64,000 nucleotides of DNA, taken from positions 31,985 through 95,984 of the IMG/VR virus record IMGVR_UViG_3300022752_000035; one strand, given 5' to 3'. The position numbers and the translations under genes are program-made. Position 1 is the stretch's first letter, and each line of letters starts with the position of its first letter. The DNA is from a virus. Below are positions 36,247 through 45,300 of the stretch, in pieces. A model generated the notes under the pieces. That model was not told the origin of the DNA. It was given only the letters and a program-made list of their open reading frames with translations, and ran no database searches.

Positions 36247-39200
36247 TGAATAATCCAACAACATTGCCATCAACAGAAATAGATATAGTTAATATAACAA
36301 AAAATACAAAAGGTTTTAAAATTAGAATAAATCCTATAGAAAATTTAGAAAACATTGAAGCTTATAATATTTATTTAAGTAATTATACATATAGTCTTGA
36401 ACCAAATAGTAACAGCAATAATTTTTTAATTAAACAATTACCTTTTTTAGAAAAAGATCAGTATTTTTATCATATTCCTAAAAATACAGGCTTTTATTAT
36501 TTAACGATTTTCTCTAAAAATGAAGCAGGGTTAGAATCTTCTGGAGTATTATTTACTGGAATTATACCATATCAATCTTTAATTAAAGAAATCAGTATTA
36601 AAAATCTTAATTATTACACAAGTGGAAATATGCAATTAGTTGAAAATCCATTAAATGAAGTAATTTTAAACGAGCCTTATTTATTGCTCGGATATCAATT
36701 GAATTATTCTTCTCCAGTAGAACAAGATTATATAGAAAATCGAGGATTTTATTATCAAGATTTTGTGCCTTATTTTAAAGACCAATATATTAGAGTTTAC
36801 AACCGAGTAATCCCTGCTTTGGAGGCTAATAGTGGAATTTTATTTGATCAAACATTGTTACGTAATACTTCTAACGATGTTTTTACTGCGCAGAGCGTTG
36901 GAAACTCTATAAATAAAAATGTATTTGTTAATGAATTAATTTCTACCCCAGACGTTAAAATTATTCGTTCTCCATCTTATTCATCTATACCATCAGAAAA
37001 TGATAGATATTTTATTTTTGACTATGCTCATAATCATGAGTCTTTTTTAAATGCGAATAGTAAATATATAGAAGGTTTAGATAATAATAATACTATACTT
37101 TTTAATCCAGACGGAGATAATGCAGTAACATTTTTAGATAAATTACTTAATCAGACGGGGATAATTGGAGAGAGACCAACATCTTACGTCAAGATACAAG
37201 AACCTGGTTATTATAATGCTTATTATATAACAGCCGAAGCAATTGATGAAAATGGATTTTCGTCTGCAGGAGGTAATATTAATAACCCCAATGACTTAGA
37301 AAGATATACGAACCAAAATGGATACCAAATAATCAAAGTAAAACATAATACTATTCCAAGAAATAACATTATTAAGATGTTTAAAAATTATCAAAGAGGA
37401 GATAATAATAAAATAATGTTTGAAATTAAAGGTGAAATACCAATTGATATTGGTTTGGAATCAGTTGTAATTATTCCTCAAAAATATGAAGAAAATATAA
37501 ATAATAAACAAAGCAAATCATATTCTGACGATTTTATATATTTAAGAAATTTAAATAAAATAGAAAATAATGTTGAGAAAAATTATTCTGTTGAATTAAT
37601 AGACGCTCAAAGTGAAACAAAATATAGAATAACAACTTATTTAAATCCAGATAGTGTTTTATTAAAAGACAATATTTTCTCTGCGAAAATTTATTATTTA
37701 AATGCTTTACAAAGTTATTCATTAGATTTATATCTAGAAAGAGTCGGATACTCTAATGAAGGGCTATTATATTATATACAAAATACAGATATAATTGACA
37801 AATATATAACTTTAAATAAGTTCATTAAAGATAATAAAAATTATACATCTACAATTGCTGCTAGTTATCAAGGGCTTGTATACTTTTTCACACCAGAAAG
37901 TTTTCCATATATAGCTTGGCCAAATCAAAATTATAGAGATCTTCACCTTAAAAAAGGTGGCGCAAGAATGTTAGATTTTGAATATGATGGAGTAGCTTCT
38001 GGACCAGAATTCTTTGATTATTTCCCATTAGCTCATGCTCAAGAAAATGATAACTTTTTAGTAGGAGATAAATATAAAACTACATATAGATGTTTAGATT
38101 CTTATAAATACATTGGTAATACTAATTATGAATTTTTAACTCCAGAAGATGTTCCTGTTTCTGGAATTTATGGTAGTGATAGTTATCTTGGATCTTATGA
38201 TCCTGGCAACATCGGAGATATGGAATCACCAAATACTGCGGACTTTAAAAGTGTTAATTATGATTTAAATTATTTTAAAGCTAAAAATATTCTTGCAGTT
38301 AAATTTATTAGTGCAGGAATACAAAAAGATGATGCATATGCTATTATTGAATTTGTATTGGATATCCCAGATGCAGAAGACTTTATAGTTCAAGGAATAT
38401 CTGGAACTGATACCATTTTAGAAAAAGGCATAAAAGAGATAAATGGAGTAAATCATCATTACTTTGTAGCGAAATTTGTATCATCATGCGGGGTTGATGC
38501 TGATCCAGTATTAAATAATATACCTATAGATCAAAAAAATATTGTAGATTCTAAAAAGATGATATCGTTCTTAGTTTATCCTACTAAATTTAAAGTTATA
38601 GAAGATCCTGATGATGTTCCATATTTTGGAGATATATACTTATTAGCCACAAGTTCAGATAATAATCAATTTAGTATTTTAAAAGAATGCTTATATACAA
38701 CGTTGAATAATAATTCAGATTGTGTAAAAGGCTGTTGTGTAGATAGTACTGATCCAATTAATTTCAGAACACCATATAAACAATTTTATGTTTTATCTAA
38801 ATTTATAAGTAATCAAACTGGAAATAATTATCCTTTTGGCAAACTTGGTGAAACAACTAATTATGTTTTTGGCTCATTATCTTGGAGATATAAAGCTTTA
38901 GATTATAGTTCTTCTATACATCAAATTCAATATAAAAAGCCAACAATATCTACAAATATGTTAAATTTTGGCATAGTATGTTATCCAGAACATAATGTGG
39001 CATTAGATAAAATATTAATTTATATGAAAAAAGTTGAAGATATAAATAATATTTCTTGGAAAGGCTCAGACTTAATTGATTCTTATACTTTTGATGATAT
39101 AGTTAAAACGTATCCAATTTATTTATCTGTTCCAGATTTTTCATTCTCTAAAAAAGGAACTCAATTATTTGATAAAATAGCAAAAGACTATGATAGTTGG

Positions 39201-39302
39201 ATTAAAAACGGACAAACATTTGCTGTAAGAATATATTTAGTTGATAAAAGCGGAGATACATTATCTCAAGATTTTGCTTTTATTAATAACGAAACTATTT
39301 AA
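36246..39302 (+). CDS. tail protein with FN3-like N-terminus (probable gpJ continuation)
   Basis: TAATG-coupled to gpJ; IEAYNIYLS...YYLTIFSKNEAGLES FN3-like pattern. Confidence 0.55.
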   Translation: MNNPTTLPSTEIDIVNITKNTKGFKIRINPIENLENIEAYNIYLSNYTYSLEPNSNSNNFLIKQLPFLEKDQYFYHIPKNTGFYYLTIFSKNEAGLESSGVLFTGIIPYQSLIKEISIKNLNYYTSGNMQLVENPLNEVILNEPYLLLGYQLNYSSPVEQDYIENRGFYYQDFVPYFKDQYIRVYNRVIPALEANSGILFDQTLLRNTSNDVFTAQSVGNSINKNVFVNELISTPDVKIIRSPSYSSIPSENDRYFIFDYAHNHESFLNANSKYIEGLDNNNTILFNPDGDNAVTFLDKLLNQTGIIGERPTSYVKIQEPGYYNAYYITAEAIDENGFSSAGGNINNPNDLERYTNQNGYQIIKVKHNTIPRNNIIKMFKNYQRGDNNKIMFEIKGEIPIDIGLESVVIIPQKYEENINNKQSKSYSDDFIYLRNLNKIENNVEKNYSVELIDAQSETKYRITTYLNPDSVLLKDNIFSAKIYYLNALQSYSLDLYLERVGYSNEGLLYYIQNTDIIDKYITLNKFIKDNKNYTSTIAASYQGLVYFFTPESFPYIAWPNQNYRDLHLKKGGARMLDFEYDGVASGPEFFDYFPLAHAQENDNFLVGDKYKTTYRCLDSYKYIGNTNYEFLTPEDVPVSGIYGSDSYLGSYDPGNIGDMESPNTADFKSVNYDLNYFKAKNILAVKFISAGIQKDDAYAIIEFVLDIPDAEDFIVQGISGTDTILEKGIKEINGVNHHYFVAKFVSSCGVDADPVLNNIPIDQKNIVDSKKMISFLVYPTKFKVIEDPDDVPYFGDIYLLATSSDNNQFSILKECLYTTLNNNSDCVKGCCVDSTDPINFRTPYKQFYVLSKFISNQTGNNYPFGKLGETTNYVFGSLSWRYKALDYSSSIHQIQYKKPTISTNMLNFGIVCYPEHNVALDKILIYMKKVEDINNISWKGSDLIDSYTFDDIVKTYPIYLSVPDFSFSKKGTQLFDKIAKDYDSWIKNGQTFAVRIYLVDKSGDTLSQDFAFINNETI

Positions 39303-42300
39303 TTAGCGACCTAAGTCTCGTCCTTTGCTTCCTTGATATAATACTCCGCCTGGACGTTGTTCTTCTACAATAACTTTCAATATTTGTTGTCTTAGTAATT
39401 CTGCTAATACTCTGGATCTTTCCATAGTCTTTTTGAACTTTTCTTGATCTGTTTCTTGATTGGTTCCAGAATTTTGATCTTCTTGTTTCGTTGAATCTGT
39501 TGTTTTACCATTTTGATCAACGTTAACATTTATACTAATATTATTTGTTACTCCTCCTGCTCCTGTTGTATCAGAAGTAGTTGCACCACCATCTTCTCCT
39601 TGAGCTTTAGTTCCTTTATTTTGTTCTTCAATTCCTTTATTTAATTGTTCTAAGGATTTTACTAATTTTGTAATAGATTCTACAAACTGATTTCTAGAAT
39701 TATCTTGTTGATTAGAAGCTCCACCACCGACAGAAGGTAATGCTGTTCCAACTGGCCCACCTTCTGCAAATCCATTAATTTGACCTCTGTTTAATCTATC
39801 AAAAAATGGTTGTCCAAAACGATCTACTGTGTCTTTTCTAATAACATATTCTCCGCCCATAAGCATAGCAGGAACATCATCTTTAGCTGAACTTCCTCCG
39901 TAAATCATTCCTCCTGTTGCTCTACTTGCCCAACTTGGAGTGATTCCTAATCTACTTCCAGTAGAAAACCAATTACTAAAAACACTTCCTAAAGAATTAA
40001 ATCCAGATTGATAACCTAGTCCACCAAATCCACCAAAATATTGGCTACCAAATGCATATGGGCTATAAGTATTTGGCGTCATTGGAAATTTAAACATATT
40101 AAATGCAGACAAAGATGAAAATGGACTAGCGCCAATATAATTTAAATAGTTATTAAATCCTCTTTCTCCAAATGCAGAATATCTATTTTTGAAGTTATTA
40201 CCATAAAATGATGAAAATCTTGATGCTAATTTTCCGTAATCTCCTTTATTTTTTAGATCATATAAACTTCCAATACTTTGATATAAAGTAGGAGCATTTC
40301 CAGAAGTTTGATTTACAATATTTTGTAAATTTTGGAAAAATGGCAGGATTTGATCTGGAGATATTTGATTGATTCCTAAAAAGTCTTGTTGAGTAATAGC
40401 TTGAGCAACTGCTTGGGTAGTTTGTGGAGTGACTTTAGTGCCTCTTAAATAATCTCCCATAGCAGGAGATGGAAAACTCATTCTAGTTTGATATCCAGCA
40501 TTAGGATTAAAAATACTTTTTTCATATAAATTTCCGCCTAAATTATATAAAGCATTATAACCTTTACCAGCTAAATTTTTCATTCCACCTAAACTAGCCA
40601 TCAATGCTCCACCAATTCCACCAGCTCCTCCTCCAATCGCTGGCATTTTTATTCCAGCATTAGAAATTGTATTTGTAACGCCACCTTGAGGAATATTAAA
40701 TGGAGTGGCATTTAATCTATTAGTATTGAAAGCAGCAGAACTACCAGTAAAGGTAGGAGTATTAGTTGATTTTAAGAAGTTTGTTACAACATTAGCACTT
40801 CTTGCTTGATTTGCAAATGGGTTAGGCTGTATTCCTATGGTATTTATTCCATTAGTTATACTATTTGTTGGACCAGAAAAAGCTGTTAATGGAAATGATT
40901 GTTTTGATGGTAATCCAAAACCAGCCATAACAGCAGGAGTATTTGTACCAGCTATATTTCCTGCTGGAATACCCATATTCATTGCTGCAATTTTTGTTGC
41001 ACCAGTTTTATTTAATTGAAAATCAAAATGAGTTCCAGTCGCTCCAGGAGTTTGAGGCCCTTCAAAATTTAAAGAATAATCTTTTTCAGAAAGACCCATG
41101 CTAGATAAATAATCTTTAATTTGCTGTTTACCAGCTGTATAATCGTTTAATGTAAAGTCTCCTTTAAATCCAGTTCTATGAGATGTTCCTGGAGCTCTGA
41201 CTCCAGCATGATAAAGATCATTCATTGCAGTTAATCTGTTGAAATTAGAACCTAAAGCTCCTTGAATTCCACTCATTAAATTTAATAATTCTGGACTATT
41301 ATATCCACCACCAAAAGCTTGACCACCCATTTTTTGTAAATCTGCATACGTACTATTAGTTGTTAATCCCATTTGAGCTAATGTGTAAGTATTTCCATCT
41401 GAACCTTTAACTCTTAAATTTAAAGCGCTCGCTGGAAGATATTGATTTGCCATACCACCAACTTGATAACCACGAACTAAACCACCTTTTGCGTAACCTC
41501 TGCTATAACCAAAAGGGTTTGTATTTTGATTTAAGAAATCATAAACAAGATTTCCACGCCCAGGAGCAATAGGAGCTACAGGAGAAGCAAAATTTAAAAG
41601 ATAATCTTGTTGAGCATTTTGAGTATAAGTTTGAAAACCTGCTGGCGCGCCTAATCCAACACCAAATTGAAATCCGCCGATACTAGAGGTTGGAGCAAAA
41701 TTTTGTCCTCCCATTCCTCCGCCAAATCCACCTTGATTTCCAAATTGTGGAAATAATTGAGCTTGTTGAGCGAATGAATCTCCATATCCTGTTCTTTGAC
41801 CTCTTTCAATTGCATCGCTTATAGCTTTTTTCTGATCATCTGTAAGCTTATTACCTACTATTGCTCCACCAGGTTGACTAGAAAATTGTGAGAATTTTCC
41901 TCCTAAAATATCTTGAAAAAGTCCTACTCCTGTATTAAGTACTCCACCTAATATGCCTCCAAGTCCTCCCCCGCCACCTCCCCCGCCAAAACCACCTAAA
42001 AATGGACCAGCAAGATTCATACCAAAGTTCAATAATCCACCAATTAACATATTTGATTTTGCTCGATTATATTGATCCATCCTTTGTTTATTTATTTCAT
42101 CCGCTTGTCTTTGAGCTTCTTTTCTTTGTTCTTCAACTTGACGATATTGTTCATTATATCCTGTTTTAAAATTAGCTACTTGCTCTTGGTAACTTTGCAT
42201 TCCTAAAAATCTTTGAGTTCTTAGAGCGTTCATTGGATTATTCTCATCCATTAAACTTCTACTACTTAATAGATCTGATATATTAAATCTTCCTGTTAAA

Positions 42301-45300
42301 GCTGGGACATTACTTAATTCTTCTGGAGCATTTACTGTAGTTTTAAATGCTTCTGGCATATAATTTTCAATTAATTTTTGTCCATCAGGACCATAGAAAT
42401 CATAACTATTATTTAGTAATGCATTAACGCTTCCACCGCTAGCATATCCTTTTATCATTCCACCTCTATTAAGCATATTTAAAGCGTCTATACCATATTT
42501 ATTAACTGCACTTTTTCTTAACACATATTCGCCATCTGTAAGCATCGCTGGAATATCATCACGAACTCCACTTCCACCTTGAACATGACCACCAGAACTA
42601 TATTTACGAATTATCCCACCTTGAGCTTTTCCTCCAAATAATCCTCCAAAAAGACTACTTAATATTCCACCTCCACCGCCTTCGTTATAACCTCCACCTC
42701 CAGTTAATCCACCAAGCAAACTTCTCATACCAATACTAAATTGTTCTTTAATAATTTGTTGAGATATACTTAATAACATATCTTGAAAAGCTTGATCTGC
42801 TGTTTTTGTTCCATCAACAAATGCGCCAAATGCATCTTCGAACCCAGTTTGTAAATTATCAGCAAGATTTGCAAAAGATTTATTAATTTTATCTGCTGTT
42901 GTAGCAGCATTATCACCAAAACGATCAAAGAAAGAATTAAGTGGATCAAATCCTTCTTTAAAATTACCTTGTTTTAATGATCTTTCCATTAAACTTTGAC
43001 GAGCTGCAGCTCTTTCATCAGAAAACATATATTGAGAATTTTTACCAAATTCAATTTTATCTATTGCTAATTTTAATCTTTCAAAAGCTTGAGTAGTTGT
43101 AATAGCTCCACTATTCCAATCTTTCTGTATCTCTGCGGCCTTTTGAACATATTCGCTTAAATATTTTACTCTATCTGCGCCATAACCTAATTCATCACTT
43201 AATTGTTTATATCCTGTACTAAATTGTTCACCAAAAGCTTGGCTTTTACCAACGCTTAATTTCTGTTCTATTGAATTATAATCTATATTACCTAAAGCAG
43301 CAGAAGTAATTCCTCCAGGAAGAGAAAATTGCCTTTGTAATGCTTGAAGATCTGTAATAGGTTTTATACCTTGAGTAAATTTAGCAGTTTCTTCTGCTAG
43401 TGCTTGTGCATATTTTTCTACGCTTGTTTGATGATCTTTCCAAGCTTGTATATATTCTCCTAATGTTCCTTGTTGATCTACTTTTTGTAATTCTTCTGCT
43501 ATTAATTTAGAATATTCTCCAGTACTAACTAATCCATCTACTAAATTCTTGATTCCATTTATACCTCCTGATTGATAGGCTGCTTGAAGTTTTCCAATAT
43601 CAACACTACCTATAGCTTCTCCTGTTTTACTAAAGTTAGCAAAAAGATCAGATAATTGTTGTCCAGCAGTTTGTATGTAACCTCTATAACTCATTTGATC
43701 TGTTTGACGCATTCCTTTAATTTTTTCTTGTGGAGTTTTTAAGAAGTCACTAGTGAAAAAATCATACCATTTTTCACCTGCTAAATCATTTATTTTTTGA
43801 GTTGTGCCTAATAGTCCACCACCAGCCGCAAGTCCTTTTGATTCTCTTTGAGCTTTAATTTGAACTTCACTTATTTTTTGTCTTAATTCTGCAGTATCAC
43901 CTATTTTTCTATAAAGATCAACGATTTCATCTCCAGCTCCTGGAAGCGCTTGATTTAATTGAGTAATACTTTTAGCAAAATCTTGCTCAGATTTATTTCT
44001 TAAATCTAATCTTGTTTTTGCATCTAAATCTGATCTGCCTTCTATTGAACTTAAAGTTTCTAAAGATACTGATAAATTTTGAGTCGCAGCAGAAATACTA
44101 TTAAATTTTTCTGTTGAAGTTTCTATAGATTTTGCAACATCTGGCATGATATCATTTAATTTTTGAAATACATCATAAGCCGCCATAATACCACCAACTC
44201 CAGCACCAATAGCTGCCCCAGGCAATCCACCAACAGTAAATCCTAATCCAGCATAAGAAGCTGTTGTTCCAAGTCCAGATATTCCAGCTTTAAGGGCTCG
44301 TCCTCCACGAGTGCTTTCGTCTCCAATAAATTGAGCAGCTGTATCTGTTAATAATGGTGCGGCTAATGCAAGTCCAGCTCCATATCTACTAAAAGCTCTG
44401 CCAGCGACTCCGCCAATTCCACCTACAAAACTTCCACCTTTTCTAGCAAATATTGGAGTTTGAGCCGATAAAGTTTGTCTTTGAGATGTTTCTTCTCTTA
44501 ATAATGAAGTTCTTTGAGATTCTAATTCATTTAATCTTGCTCTATTTTTCTTTGAATTTTTTGAAAGAGCTAATATTTCAGATTCTACTCTTCCTCTTTC
44601 ATTTAAGATTGCTCCTAATCTTTGCTCTTCAACTTTATAATTAGATCGAGCTTGATTTCCTCCAAATCCTTGTAAAATATAAAATAAACTCATTGGGTCC
44701 ATAGCCGCAAAATTAGGTATAAATCCTGCAGACATCATACTTTGCATTTTCTTAGAATTTTGAATAGCATTACCAATTCCCTCTGGATGATCTCTCATTA
44801 CTGCTGCAAAATTTGGTTGAGTTTTACCATCTCTAACATATAATCCAAGTCCAGGTTTAAAATCTAATACTCCTCTTCCACCCATCTTTTCTTCAGTACT
44901 TAAAGCTCGATCTAATGGAGAAAAATTAGGAATAAAACCAAGAGCTTTTGTTTTACCTTTAGTCTTTAATGGATATCCCTTACTGGATGCGATTTTATCC
45001 GCCATACTATTTGCTTGAGATGGATTTAAAGCATTCTTAACTTCTCCAAGAGAAAACATCGCCAAAGGTCCTGCGCCTTTAAAAGTTGTTGAAAGTTTTT
45101 TTAATTCATCCGAGCTAAGATCTAACGGAGCATTAGGATCATCTACTGCGCTAAATATTGCTGATTTTAATCCTGCTTCAAAAATACCTCCAATTGCAGC
45201 TTCTATTGTAGAACGATTAAGATTCGCATTAACATAGTTATCAAATCTTGCATCATCTACTAAATCTTTTGGTTTTAAAGCTGCCTTATCTATAAATGTA

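Noticed and set aside
25259-39310. Actively invertible cassette
   Set aside because: No matching inverted repeat seen near 39302 and no invertase in the window.
29389-41390. Intragenic GTGTAA/TTACAC hits (29389, ~36614, ~41383) as promoters
   Set aside because: They lie inside coding sequence. The latter two are antisense and compatible with chance; 29389 is 63 nt from the gpI start and remains uncertain.
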